Source: Octopus vulgaris
Taxonomy: Eukaryota
Assembly (NCBI GenBank): GCA_951406725.2
Contig: OX597820.1
Coordinates: forward strand, 41,044,001 to 41,108,000
Reading direction: 5' to 3'
DNA length: 64,000 bases
The translations under genes and the position numbers were made by a program. A model generated the notes under the pieces. The model was not told the origin of the DNA. It was given only the letters and a program-made list of their open reading frames with translations, and did no database searches. Below are positions 1 through 14,540 of the stretch, one piece after another (position 1 is the stretch's first letter; the number at the start of each line of letters is the position of its first letter).

Positions 1-125
1 TGGATCGACAAGCAGAACTAATAAAGTGTACCGCTGGGGATCGACAGGGCCGACGCACCGACTAAACTATTGTAGGCGATACTGTAACATCGCCGTCGTC
101 CAAAGACTAAAACCAGTAAAAGGAA
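1..125 (+). mobile_element. Degenerate 3' end of SINE family B
   Basis: aacatcgccgtcgtccaaagactaaaaccagtaaaagg resembles the family B tail cagcatggccgcagtcaaatgactgaaacaagtaaaaga. Confidence 0.5.
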
Positions 126-147
126 AATACAGGAAATGGAAAACAGA

Positions 148-148
<1 letters not shown>

Positions 149-215
<67 letters not shown>
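149..215. repeat. (TG)n microsatellite
   Basis: Perfect TG run. Confidence 0.98.
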
Positions 216-217
<2 letters not shown>

Positions 218-235
218 ATTTATATTAAAATTAAA

Positions 236-450
236 AACGATGAGCTGGCAGAATCGTAAGCAAACCGGGCAAAATGCTTTAGCACCATTTCGTCCGTTTA
301 TACGATCTGAGTTCAAATTCCGCCGAGGTCGACTTTGCATTGTCATCCTTTAGGGGTGGATAAATTAGGTACCAGTGAAACACTAGAGTCAATATAATCA
401 ACTAACCCCCTTTCCAAAATTTCAGGCCTTGTACCTATCGTAGAAAAGAT
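236..450 (+). mobile_element. SINE family C, copy 1 of a tandem trio
   Basis: tgagctggcagaatcg (A-box-like), gagttcaaattcc (B-box-like), core tcatcctttaggggtggataaattaggtaccag, end tttcaggccttgtacc; homologous to 33283-33520 and 60075-60290. Confidence 0.85.
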
Positions 451-457
451 TTTTTAA

Positions 458-675
458 AAGCGGTGAGCCGGAAGAATCGTTAGCAAATCGGGCAAAATAC
501 TTAACGGCATTTCATCCAATCTTTATTCATATTCCTTGGCGGAATCTGAACTCAGGATATACTTTTCAACCTTTCGGGTTCGATATAATAAAGAGCAGTT
601 GAGAACTAGGGGCGATGTAATCGACATTTCCCCTTCTCTCAGACTTGTTGGTCTTGTGTCAAAATTTGAAACCAG
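458..675 (+). mobile_element. SINE family C, copy 2 (diverged)
   Basis: gcggtgagccggaagaatcgttagc ... cctttcgggttcgata ... gatgtaatcgac. Confidence 0.75.
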
Positions 676-688
676 TATCATGATTATG

Positions 689-900
689 AAGGCGGCGTGC
701 TGACAGGATCGTTACAGTGCTGGTCAGATTGCTTAGCGGTATTTCGCCCGTCGTTCCGTTTTGAGTTCAAAACCCGCCGACGTTGACTTCGCTTTTTCTT
801 CTTTTCGAATTGAAAAAAAAGTGCCAGTCGTGTATTTTGGTCGATGTAATTGAATAAACACTGCCCCCAATATATCTCAGGTCTTTTGCCTACAGTTCAC
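689..900 (+). mobile_element. SINE family C, copy 3 (diverged)
   Basis: aggcggcgtgctgacaggatcgtta ... gagttcaaaacccgccgacgttgac ... gtcgatgtaat. Confidence 0.75.
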
Positions 901-965
901 AAATCCCTATTTGTATGCAATTATTTAATGCCTGAGAGATCCGTAAGAAATGTATACATTACATT

Positions 966-1136
966 GTGGAGGCGCAATGGCCTAGTGGTTAGGGCAGCGG
1001 ACTTGCGGTCGGAGGATCGCGGTTTCGATTCCCAGACCGGGCGTTGTGTGTGTTTATTGAGCGAAAAAAAACACCTAAAAGCTCCACGAGGCTCCGGCAG
1101 GAGGTGGTGATCCCTGCTGTACTCTTTCACCACTCT
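966..1136 (+). mobile_element. tRNA-derived SINE family A, 5' half
   Basis: Pol III A box tggcctagtgg (978-988), B box ggtttcgattccc (1021-1033); closely matches the minus-strand copy at 3887-4239. Confidence 0.88.
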
Positions 1137-1203
1137 AAAGGCGGTGCTCCAGCATGGCCGCAGTCAAATGACTGAAACAAGTACAAAAAAAAAAAAAAAA
1201 AAA
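1137..1203 (+). mobile_element. SINE family B 3' tail plus poly(A), fused to the family A 5' half
   Basis: aaaggcggtgctccagcatggccgcagtcaaatgactgaaacaagtac followed by an A run; nearly identical to the tail of 62835-63250. Confidence 0.85.
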
Positions 1204-1616
1204 TTAACTAATTGTCTACAAATATGGCTTTCGAGGCCTAAGGTACCCTATGTGAGCCGGTAGACTATATTAAAGACTCTTTGACCACACAGGAAACTTC
1301 TTCACGTCTGACCCCCTGTGCATGCATGTATTTAATTTTGTATATCCATATTTATATATGTATATATGTATAATATGTATGAATAGAGAAATAGACAGAT
1401 AGACAGACAGATAGACAGACAGATAGATAGATAGAACAGAGAGAGAGAGAGAGAGAGAGGGATCTTCAAAGAACTTTGCTAGGAAGAATATCAAGTTAGT
1501 AAACTTAAGATAGCTATAGTTAACTAAACACACACACACACAGATACAGACACACACGAAACTCATATACACAGAGAGGCACAACCACGCACACATACAC
1601 ACGCACACATGCACAC

Positions 1617-1652
<36 letters not shown>

Positions 1653-2136
1653 CCCTACCAGGCCCATACATATAAACAAATTTGTAACTCTTGGTCTCTT
1701 TAAACCTCTGTTTTTATCGACTTCTCCGCCTCGCTCACTCACCCTCCTCTTTTACACATTAGGGGCCGCTGCCGTACGCCTGGATCGCGAAGAACAATTC
1801 TATAATTACTGGATGAGTCGCGTACTCAGACACCTGTTCAGCAGACATCCCACTGTCTGGATGGCTACCCCCAATAAAAGCACATGCCGGCTTAGTGACA
1901 GTGTATCGCTGCTATTATACGAGAGAGAAGGGGTGGGAACGCGCCTGCTTGTTGTTCTGCTCTTGTGTATATGGGTGGGTGTCACCGCCCTGACTGAATA
2001 TTTCTGTGTTGGTGTATGTGTGTGCGTGTTTGCCTGTCTGTGTGTATATGTACGCGTGCATGTGTTAGTGTGTATGTGTATGTGTGTGTATGTCTGCGCG
2101 TGTGTGTATATGCGTGTATGCGAGTGCGTACATGAG

Positions 2137-2173
<37 letters not shown>

Positions 2174-2239
2174 CGTACAGTATACACAGTAGACTCTATT
2201 CACACGAGTATACATGTGTACACACACATACACAAACAG

Positions 2240-2271
2240 ATAGGTAGATAGATAGATAGATAGATAGATAT

Positions 2272-2326
<55 letters not shown>

Positions 2327-2366
2327 TATAGATAGATAGATAGATAGATAGATAGACAGATAGATT

Positions 2367-2413
<47 letters not shown>
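2240..2413. repeat. (TAGA)n tetranucleotide microsatellite
   Basis: Long GATA/TAGA run; similar tracts at ~6950, 8380, 9000, 14090, 15350, 18525, 30295, 60750. Confidence 0.97.
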
Positions 2414-2414
<1 letters not shown>

Positions 2415-2723
2415 CACATGGGCACATTCATAAAAATACACACCCATGTAACATACATACATGCACACATGAGTAAATACACATACACACATTCTCTTCC
2501 CCACTCTCTTCCTCTCTCTCTCTCTCTCCCTCTCTCTCTCCCTCGCACTCACATGCATACACGCACACACACACACACACACACACAATAAATGCATGCA
2601 GTGAAGGAAATTTGTTGAGTTTTTTTTTAAGTTGGTGTATGTACTTTCTTTGTACTTTATAACATATCAATCAATCAATCTCCCTCTTTCTCTCTCCCTA
2701 TATATATCTATATCTGTCTATCA

Positions 2724-2858
2724 TTGCTTCCCAACCACATGGTTCCGAGTTCAGTCCCACTGCGTGGCACCTTGGGCAACTGTCTTCTATTATAGCCTCG
2801 GGCCGACCAAAGCCTTGTCAGTGGATTTCGTAAACGGAAACTGAAAGAAGCCTGTCGT
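2724..2858 (+). mobile_element. SINE family B, truncated 5' half
   Basis: ccaaccacatggttccgagttcagtcccactgcgtggcaccttgggcaa ... ggaaactgaaagaagcctgtcg. Confidence 0.85.
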
Positions 2859-3220
2859 ATATATATATATACATGCATACACACATATGTGTGTTTTTAT
2901 TTATGTGCTGCATATGAGCTGCACACATATTCTAGAAAATCATTTGATTAGTAAAGTTGTATTTATGTGTGTGTGTATATATGCATATGTGTGTGTGTGT
3001 GTAAGAGAGAGAATGTGTGTGCGTGAGAAAGTTAGCCTGTGTTTAGACATGGTTGTGTGTAACTAGTAAACTACTGGAGTTCTGTGACCTACTAAAACAT
3101 CAGTTAGACTGGATTACTTCAGAGGAAGCGAACCACCAATGCTTTACACTGACCGTCCGGTGTCATATCGATTTTTTCGCAAATACATATCCACAAGTGC
3201 GAGTGTGTATACATACACAC

Positions 3221-3274
<54 letters not shown>

Positions 3275-3374
3275 CATACATATAGAGATAGAGAGACGTA
3301 TACATTTTTATACAGGGAAAGAGATATATATAAGTATGTATGTATATATATAAGTATGTATGTATATATATATA

Positions 3375-3568
3375 TGTACCTGTATTTCAAAGGGCCAGCC
3401 TTGTCACTCTCTGTGTCACGCTGAATATCCCCGAGAACTACGTTAAGGGTACACGTGTCTGTGGAGTGCTCAGCCACTTACACGTTAATTTCACGAGCAG
3501 GCTGTTCCGTTGATTTGGATCAACCGGAACCCTCATCGTCGTAACCGACGGAGTGCTTCCATCCATCC

Positions 3569-3570
<2 letters not shown>
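3375..3570 (+). mobile_element. SINE family A, 3' half (5'-truncated) in a (TA)n tract
   Basis: About 190 bp matching the reverse complement of 3887-4077 with about 6 substitutions; (CCAT)n tail. Confidence 0.9.
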
Positions 3571-3599
<29 letters not shown>

Positions 3600-3671
3600 T
3601 AAATATACATGCATATATAGTGAATGTGTGTGTATGTATATGTACACATATTTGTGTGTGTATGTATACAT

Positions 3672-3738
<67 letters not shown>

Positions 3739-3886
3739 AGGGGTAGAGTTAATGTAGATACATATTTATGTGTATATAGAGTACATATGTATAAATGAAA
3801 TTACATGCTTATGTTTATATGTGTGTGTGTGTGTGTGGCCTCGTGCGTATGTGTGCGAGGGAATATATGTGTGAGTGAATTCAATA

Positions 3887-4239
3887 TGGATGGAAGCACT
3901 CCGTCGGTTACGACGACGAGGGTTCCGGTTGATCCGAATTAACGGAACAGCCTGCTCGTGAAATTAACGTGTAAGTGGCTGAGCACCCCACAGACACGTG
4001 TACCCTTAACGTAGTTCTCGGGGATATTCAGCGTGACACAGAGAGTGACAAGGCCGGCCCTTTGAAGTACAGGTACAACAGAAACAGGAAGAGTGGTGAA
4101 AGAGTACAGCCGGAGCCTCGTGGAGCTTTCAGGTGTTTTCGCTCAATAAACACTCACAACGCCCGGTATGGGAATCGAAACCGCGATCCTATGACCGCGA
4201 GTCCGCTGCCCTAACCACTGGGTCATTGCGCCTCCACTT
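3887..4239 (-). mobile_element. Full-length SINE family A with 12-bp TSD
   Basis: tRNA-like head (minus: gtggaggcgcaatgacccagtggttagggcagcgg), body, (CCAT) tail; gtgaattcaata at both 3875-3886 and 4240-4251. Confidence 0.92.
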
Positions 4240-4906
4240 GTGAATTCAATAAACAAGTGTGTAAAACGATTTTTACTCAGTTAGTTAATGTTTATGCTGT
4301 GTCCAGGAGACTATGTTAATAACTGGAAACTAGTAATTTTAGTTGGTTAAAACCTGGGAGACACACCTCTATCAAAATATACATAGGAAGAACTACGTGC
4401 ACCATATGAGCTGCACACATATTTTTTAGTAAGCCATTTGTTTAGTAAAGTTGTGTTTCTTATGGTATGATTCTTAATTTACATATGTGTGGTTGCATTA
4501 CAGAAGAATTATCATACATAACAGTGGATTCTTTTTATTCATTTAAACAATAGGACTGCGGCTATGCTCACTGAACGTCAACGAGTTTTAGCCGATTGAT
4601 TATTATAATAACCAATCTTCGCAACTCGACGCGCGTTCTCCTTATACACACACACACACACACACACACGAAATATGTGCGTGTGCGTGTGTGTGTATGT
4701 GTGTGTGGGGGGAGGGGTAATGCATTATGTGCATGTGTGTGCGCTCGCTTCCAGGTATATTCAAACGCATGCAATATATATGCGTGTGTGTATGTATGTG
4801 TATATTTGTACATAAATGTGTGTGTGAATTCATATATATGCATATATGTATATAAATACACACACGCGAATATCCGAATTTGAGTGGTTGTCTCCGCATA
4901 TGTGTT

Positions 4907-5274
<368 letters not shown>

Positions 5275-6430
5275 CACTCACACACACAAATATAATTTGG
5301 TAAATCATCCTTGACGAATTATTGTTCGCACCTGTGCCATGCAGAAATGTCCTATATTCTGTGAATCACTTAATAAATCTCTCTCTCTCTCTCTCTCTCA
5401 TACACACACACATGCGTGTACACACACACGCGCGCACTCCTGCACACATACACACTCATACGACCAACTAACCAAACAAACAAATTAAGCTAACAAACAT
5501 ATCAGTCGTGAACGTGTGTCACCTTATCTTGTAATTTGCAAAGGATGTACCCCGAATAATGTGGATGGCACAGCCTCTTAACTAACAACCCCCTTATTCA
5601 TCAACCCTATTGAATATTCCTGATGTGATTTCCATTGGATCACACACCTTTGGGACATTATGGGATAGCACGGGATACTACGAGATGCCACTTCGCTGCA
5701 ATTCACCGATCAGCTTGCTTTACCTCCCACCCTTAATTGATCATTCAAACAAGTTTACTTGCTAAACCAACTTATTTCATATTCTGTACAACTATGCCTG
5801 TAACGTGGAGAGGTGGGGATATCGACTACAGTTGTCTTACAAGGCGATCATGAACATTTATTAGATGCGTGTGTGCATGCGTGCGTACGTGCGTGTGTTT
5901 GTGCGTATGCGTGTGTGAACGTCTGTTTAATGTATTTGCCAATGTATGTCCTAGCCATGGATGGAGTGGGAAGTACATTATAAGATTTTTTAGACCCTCC
6001 TTTACGGGGTGAGGCTATTTTAAACTGTTGCAGATGATTGGGGGGTAAAAACCATGGGCAAAGAAGGCAGTTCCGGAAGATTTCCAACCTGAGAGATTAA
6101 TGAGTTGATTACAGAAGTAACATTGATTGGGTTGACAGGTGGGGGAGAATTCGATAGATCGAACAAACACTGAATAGGTTTCGAATGGGTCGTTGCTGTT
6201 AGGTAGGGGTGGAAGAGGCAGGGTTACGAAGTTGGACAGTGCTTTTACTTGTTTATTCTTTTATACGAGTAGGGACACGAGCGGGTGCATGAAGGCGTGT
6301 GCATGAAGGCTTGTGCATGTCCTGTATGAATTTGTATAAAGATATCACATCCCCGTATATATATATCTATATATGTGTGTGTGTGTGTATTTATGTATAT
6401 ATGTCTCTATGTGTATGTAATGGAACAGTA

Positions 6431-7012
<582 letters not shown>

Positions 7013-7640
7013 TTGGAAAGTTTGTTAATTTGCACGAAAGTGAGTGTGTACGTCGGCGTATGTGAACGTATGTAAATTTACGTGCGGGTGTGTAGTACGT
7101 GTAGGCTCGCTCGCGTATGCGTATGTCTGATTTGGTTGGTATATGTATACGTATATGTGTGTATGTGTGCGTGTGTGCATTCATGCATGTGTGTGAACAT
7201 TTAAAAGCTATTAAAAATGTCAAAGAAAAAAAAAATCCAATCACATTTTGGTATTATTTCTTCTCTCAACACCCTCGCTCGCTCGCCGCAGTGTTTTTTT
7301 TTTATAAACTTAAGTTCGAAAACAAAGCTGTATTAACAAACAAAAAAAATAAATAACAAAAAATGAAAAACAAATATATAAAAAAAAAAAATGAACGTTG
7401 TCTTTACCTTTCAACCAAACTGTTGCACACCAAGCTGGTATTCCGAAACGAGAAACTATTGTCGTAGCAATTTTGGCTCCTAGCAGAATCTCCAAAAAAG
7501 GATGAAACAGAAATAATATCCGGCCTGGACAATTGTGGATTTTTTAAATTTGATTTTTAAAAAAAAAATTCCTTTCTTTTTCTTTTTCTTTTTCTTTTTA
7601 TTTTTCCTGATACTTCACATAATTTGAAAGTATTATATGT

Positions 7641-7685
<45 letters not shown>

Positions 7686-8325
7686 GCACGATAGGTATAA
7701 CTTTGATACTTTTGTATATACTTTTTCCCTGCTTTTTTTGTTTTGTTTTGTTTTTCTTGTTAGCTTTACTCGATTATGATTATATTGATGGCAGTGATAA
7801 TGATGCTGATGGTGATGATGGAAACTATGAAGCCGCTATAGTTTGTATCACAGTGTAATTTTGTTGTAGTTGTTGTTGTTGTTGCTGTAATTCCTGATTG
7901 TTAACTGGTTATTGTCTTCTTTATGTTTTTATCTTTTTTATTTTTATTTTTTTCTTAAATATTTGTTTTTTTGTTTAATATAAATCATTTGCTATAATTT
8001 ATCTGTTTTTTTGTTTTTTTTACCATTCCCTGCTCATAAAACGCTTTATTGTTTGTTGTTGAAGTTGTTGTTGATGTTGTTGCAAATATATATATATTTG
8101 TTTTTGTTGTTGTTGCGTGAGTGAGCGTTTGTGTTTGTGTAAAAGATCTATCAGAGCATTTCAAAAATTTTGATATTTTGGGAAAAATAATAATAATTAT
8201 AATATTAATAATATTTACTATGATTGTTATTATTATTATTATTATTATTTATATTGATGTTGTCATGAAAATTGCAATTGCAGAACATTTTTCTTTGAGC
8301 ATACAAAGATAATGCAGAAATACAC

Positions 8326-8424
<99 letters not shown>

Positions 8425-9000
8425 AATATATATATATATATACGTATATTTACAGGTACTTTATGTATATATCTTCTATATACTCGTATTCATTAATTAT
8501 ATATATATACATATGTATGTATACACAGCATATTATAATTATACTTCAATACAGAAAATAATTATAATTATGTATACTATACATTCATCCTGCAAACGAA
8601 TATATGTATATTATGCTATGTTGTATCCAAAATTGACTGGGTTTTGAAGATACTTCCAAGTGTAATAATAATAATAATCCATTTTATGTCTTCGCGACGA
8701 TTTTAAGTTTTCTCTTCTATTTTTCTCTTTCTTCTTTTGTTCCTCCCGTTGTGCCGTTTTGGTATTTTGTTTACTTGTAGTTGTATATATATATAAATAT
8801 ATGTATATATTATATATTTATATTTGCTGTTGTTTTTGTTGTTGTTACTGTTGTTATTGTGATAGTGTTTTAACTTTTAACTTCTTTCATCGATTGGGAG
8901 AAAGTAAGAGAGAAGGGATTCTAATACTGATTTTGATAGTAAAAATATATAGTAATAACAGGTGTGTTGTGTGTGATTTTTTTTAATGAATTAGATAGAT

Positions 9001-9074
<74 letters not shown>

Positions 9075-9553
9075 TTAGATGGGTAACTAATTTGGGAATG
9101 AATGAAATTAACAATTCTTTGAGCGGGAGGGTGCGATGAGTTGCGAATAATTTATAAATATGAAATGTTAAATAAGAAACGTTATCAACTATATACACAC
9201 AAAAATTACAATCTAAAAGATCAGATGCTACAGAACTTATATTGTGTTTGTTTCGACTCACCGAAATTCAAATAAGGAAACACACACAACAAGTATGATT
9301 ATATATACATATATATAGAAAAAGATATAGATATATATATATTGTACATATGTGTGCGTGCGTGCGTGTGGTATGTGTATGAGTGATTATACGTGTACGA
9401 TGTGTTTGCTTATGGGGGAAAGAAGAGAAAAAGTAAAGAATTAGCAGATTAAACTACATAGATGTTTAAAGACATATATACGCGCACGCACGCGCTTGTG
9501 TGTGAGAGTGTACACGTAAATAAGAGTATGAGAAAAGCATATATTTATGTGTG

Positions 9554-9596
<43 letters not shown>

Positions 9597-10129
9597 ATGT
9601 ATATGTTATATGTGTGTGTATTTCTGTGATTGTGTGTGTATGTGCGTTTGTACGCTTACATATGCAGATATATAGGTGTGTGTGTGAAGTGTATATCTTT
9701 TTCCGATAGGTACGGTATGAGGTCAGCTTTTTCGTCTCTTATGATTTTGCCTGTGTAACTTTTCCATACGCCGTTCAGTTTGAGGTATTTTCATAGACAT
9801 ATATAATATATATTATATCTATAGATATATATATATATATATATTTAAATAAATATAAACGTATACATATATATATAATGAGAGAGAGATAAATAGACAG
9901 ATAGATATTTATGCATGTAAATATATATATATTTTATATTGTCATATTATACATATATATAAACACGCACACAATATTTAACTGTTTGGAACATCTTTCG
10001 CATTTTGGACCCTGATTTTATTGCAGCGAGATGTTGTTCTCTCTCTCTCTCTCCTTCTCTTACTTCCTCCCTCTCTCACTCTCTCCCTCTCTCTCTCTCT
10101 CTCTCTCACACTCTCTCTGTAACTATCCT

Positions 10130-10790
10130 TGTTATTCTTTTGGTCTCATCTTGCTTTGCTTAATATAAGCGAGCGGTACTCCTACTTCTTTGCAGACGTT
10201 CTTCTGTCCGCTTTCTGCACTGGCGATGCTGGTGCCGGTGGCTTTCTGTGTGTGCCGTTTGCTCGATGGTAACGGTAACAAGACGGGCGGGGGGGGAGTA
10301 GAGTGGAGAGGGGGGGTGATGATGAGAGGGGAGAGGGGAGCAGTGGAAGAACAAGAACAAGAACAAGAAGAAGACAACAGAAAGAAGGTAAGGTAGAAGA
10401 AGCGAATGGGGAGCAAAAACAGTGAGCTTAGAAAGCGAACGAGAGAGAGAGAGAGAGAGAGAGAGCGAACGAGCGAAATAGAGAGAAGAGGTAAGGTGAT
10501 AGAAATAATGGTACTGGTGGTTCTCGACGTTGTAGTTGGTTGATGGTTGGTTGGTGGTGGTGGGGGAGGGGGAGCGGGAGCGGACGTGGTGGGCTAAGGC
10601 GGGCAAAGCCGGTGATCGGGAAGAGGGGGCGGCGGCGGCGAAGGAAAGACAGGGGGGTAGTAATATAAAGAAGAAAAATAAAAAGCTAACCCACCCACCC
10701 ACCCTCTTCCTTTGTCAGTCAGTCAGTCAGATACAAGTGCGTGCGATTGTTGGTGTGTTTGTTCTTCAGATGAAAGCTCTCCTTGCTCCC
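10130..10790. promoter_or_regulatory. Candidate CpG-rich promoter / transcription start region
   Basis: Locally GC/CpG-rich unique sequence with gggcgg motifs, a GA-repeat block and tandem tcagtc (Inr-like) at ~10715-10730, flanked by CT tracts, inside a region with no recognisable TEs. Confidence 0.4.
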
Positions 10791-11095
10791 CCCCTACTTT
10801 TTCCCTCACTCTCTGTCTTTCCTTCCCTCCACCTCTCTCTCTCTCTCTCTGCTCTCTCTTTCTTCCCCCCCTCTTTGCTCTCATTCTCTTTCTCTCTTTC
10901 GCTGCCTTTCTCTCTGTTACTCTCTCTGTTACTCTCTCTCTCTCACTCTTGCCAAATTCCTCACCACTACAATCGCTGCCCAAACCCGCTTTTCTCTCAT
11001 TTTGTTTATAATTCTTTCTTTAATTCCTTTTTTTTTTCTTTCATTCTTTCATTCTTCCTCCTCAAACTTTCTTTCTTCATTCACTTATCTATTTT

Positions 11096-11140
<45 letters not shown>

Positions 11141-11429
11141 ATTTGCTCGTTCCTTTCTAATTGTTATTATTCTTTCTTCCATTCATATTTCCTCACCACA
11201 AACACACACACACACACACACACACATGCACATTCATTCATAGTTCATTCATTCATTCATTCATTCATTCATTCTTTCCCTCTGTCTATCTCTATGTCTA
11301 TCCCATATAGTCTGTGTGTGTGTATATATATGTATGTATATGTGTGTGTCTGCATACGTGTGAGAGTATGAATGTGTGCGTGCGTGAATGCATGTGTGTG
11401 TGTGATTGTATGTGTGTGCGTGTATGCAT

Positions 11430-11460
<31 letters not shown>

Positions 11461-11891
11461 ATTTACTGTCCTGTCTCTCGATCGTTCGCTCGTTCAATCA
11501 CACCATAAATCTTCACCTCTTCGAGGAAGAGGAAGCAGAGAGTAGGGGGGGGGGGGGCTACGGCGTTGGTGGTGAAAGAGGGAGGGTATAATTATTTAAA
11601 TATTAACAACAATAATAATCATTATTATTTTTATTATTGTTCATATTTAAATAAATATTCCCTCCCTCTTTCACCACCTCCTCCTCCAAACCACGTCCCC
11701 CTCTTCCTTCTTCTCTTTATTTATCTGTCTCTCATTTCTTCTTCTCTTTATATCCTTTTTTTTTCTTTCTTTTTGTTGTTTCTGCTTATGAGACAGCTAG
11801 TTCACATTTAATTTCTTCCTCTTTTACCATAATTCTTCCTTTCTTTTTTGGCCTCCATTTTCCTGATTCCCCGTACGCTCCCTACATAACG

Positions 11892-12008
<117 letters not shown>

Positions 12009-12047
12009 CACACATATACACATCATGTGTGTGTGTGTCTGGGAGGG

Positions 12048-12087
<40 letters not shown>

Positions 12088-12277
12088 TATATATGTGTGT
12101 GTGTATGTGTGTGTGTGTGTACGTGTGTGCATGTGTTCCTCTCTTTAATTATATGTACTTTCCATTTGTACACTTTGAATACAGACTCACACACATAAAC
12201 ACACATTTGCATACGTGTGTGAGTGTGGGAGTGTACGTTTATGTTTGTATGCTTATATGTGTGTGTATATATATATA

Positions 12278-12389
<112 letters not shown>

Positions 12390-12500
12390 GTATATAGGCA
12401 AGTTAATATATGTATTCAAATTTTCTATACTTCCATTTCAATAAATTTTCTTACTACCTTTCTCTTTTTTCTCTTTCCGCCTTTAATTTACCCTCTCTCT

Positions 12501-12538
<38 letters not shown>

Positions 12539-12934
12539 TCTCTTTCTCTCTTTCTCTCTTTCTGTCTTTCTATTATATTCTCTCTCTCTCTCTTTCTCTT
12601 CTTCATACTCTTTCTAACAGTTTCCATTTTCTTCTTCCTTTTCTTAAATCTCATCCTTCTTTCACTTGCTCTCTTCACACACACACACACACACACAAAC
12701 ACACACACTCAAACATACACACACATACTCATGCATTGTATGTGTAAAAGTATCCGTGTGTGACTGCATGTGTGTAATTGCACACACAAAAATGTGCAGT
12801 TCACACACGCACGTTCGAATAGGCGTACATATGTGTGTGTGTGTGAGTGTATGTGTGTGTGTGTGTCTGTGTGTGTACATGTGTTCCCCTTTGCAATTAT
12901 CTATATTTCCCACCTGTACTCGTTGAAAACCACC

Positions 12935-13033
<99 letters not shown>

Positions 13034-13612
13034 CACAAATATATATATGCATATATGTAAACGTATATATGTATATATATATATATAAACACTTACATGT
13101 AGTTATGTATATATATATATATAGATATAAATGTATATATATGTATATACGTATATATATGCATGTATGAATGTATGTATGTGTGTATGTATTTATGTAT
13201 GCATGTATGTATGCATCTATGTATGTATGCATCTATGTATGTATGTATGTATGTATGTATGTATGTATGTATGTATGTATGCATCTATGTATGTATGTAT
13301 GTATGTATGCATGTGTGTATGTATGTACGTATGTATAAACACGCACGCCCCCTTCATATATATTCAAATTTTCTATACTTCAATTTTAATAAATTTTCTT
13401 CCTGTATTTCTCGCTTTCTTCCATTTTCAACATTTCTTTCCCCTTGCCCCTCTCTCTCTCTCTCTCTCTCTCTCCCTCCTTCTCTATATCATCTCTTTCT
13501 CATTCACAGTCTCTTCTCAGTCTTTCTCCTACAATCCCCCTTTCTAGTGTTACATTTTCCACTATATCAGGTAAATCACATACCTGTCACCCATTTTCTC
13601 TCACACTTTCTG

Positions 13613-13658
<46 letters not shown>

Positions 13659-13678
13659 TAAATATATATATATACATG

Positions 13679-13723
<45 letters not shown>

Positions 13724-13804
13724 ACTCACACACACGCATACACACATATAGGTATATATAAATAAATAAATAAATATATATATGTGTATTTATTTATTTA
13801 ATTG

Positions 13805-13836
<32 letters not shown>

Positions 13837-13993
13837 GTTTTTGTATGTTTATGAATATGTATAAATATAACTATGCATATAAGTATACGTACATATATAT
13901 ATATATATATATACATATAATGAATATGAACATGCACATACATAAACAAATATATAAATACATATATATATGTGTGTGTGTGTGTGTATACAT

Positions 13994-14057
<64 letters not shown>

Positions 14058-14091
14058 ACATACATTCATATGTGTATATATATTTCTGCTC

Positions 14092-14162
<71 letters not shown>

Positions 14163-14234
14163 AATCTATCTGTCTGTCTGTCTGTATGTATGTCTGTCTG
14201 TATGTCTGTCTATCTATATACTTCTTTCCCCTCG

Positions 14235-14470
14235 TTTTACTCCGCCATGCTGGAATAATGCCTTGAAGGGGCTTTAGTCGAACACAGTACTTATTTTATA
14301 AGTACTTCTTCCATCGGTCCCTTTTGCCGACTCGCTAGATTAAAAAGCCGGGCGGTTGTAAAGCGGGGATGTGAGGACAAACACAGGTACAAACACCGGC
14401 ACACGTATGCATACATACGTACATAAGTACATATATACATAAATACATACACGCATACATACACACACAT

Positions 14471-14501
<31 letters not shown>

Positions 14502-14502
14502 G

Positions 14503-14540
<38 letters not shown>

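Noticed and set aside
966-1045. tRNA gene
   Set aside because: A and B boxes are present, but the sequence continues as a SINE body shared with 3887-4239 and I see no good acceptor stem
2890-4460. ~60-bp direct repeat catatgagctgcacacatatt...agtaaagttgt at ~2890 and ~4403 as LTRs
   Set aside because: No TG..CA ends, primer-binding site, polypurine tract or internal coding sequence; more likely an old local duplication
9712-9775. Possible pre-miRNA (acggtatg ... catacgccgt)
   Set aside because: Only a short bulged outer stem pairs; the interior does not form a long duplex
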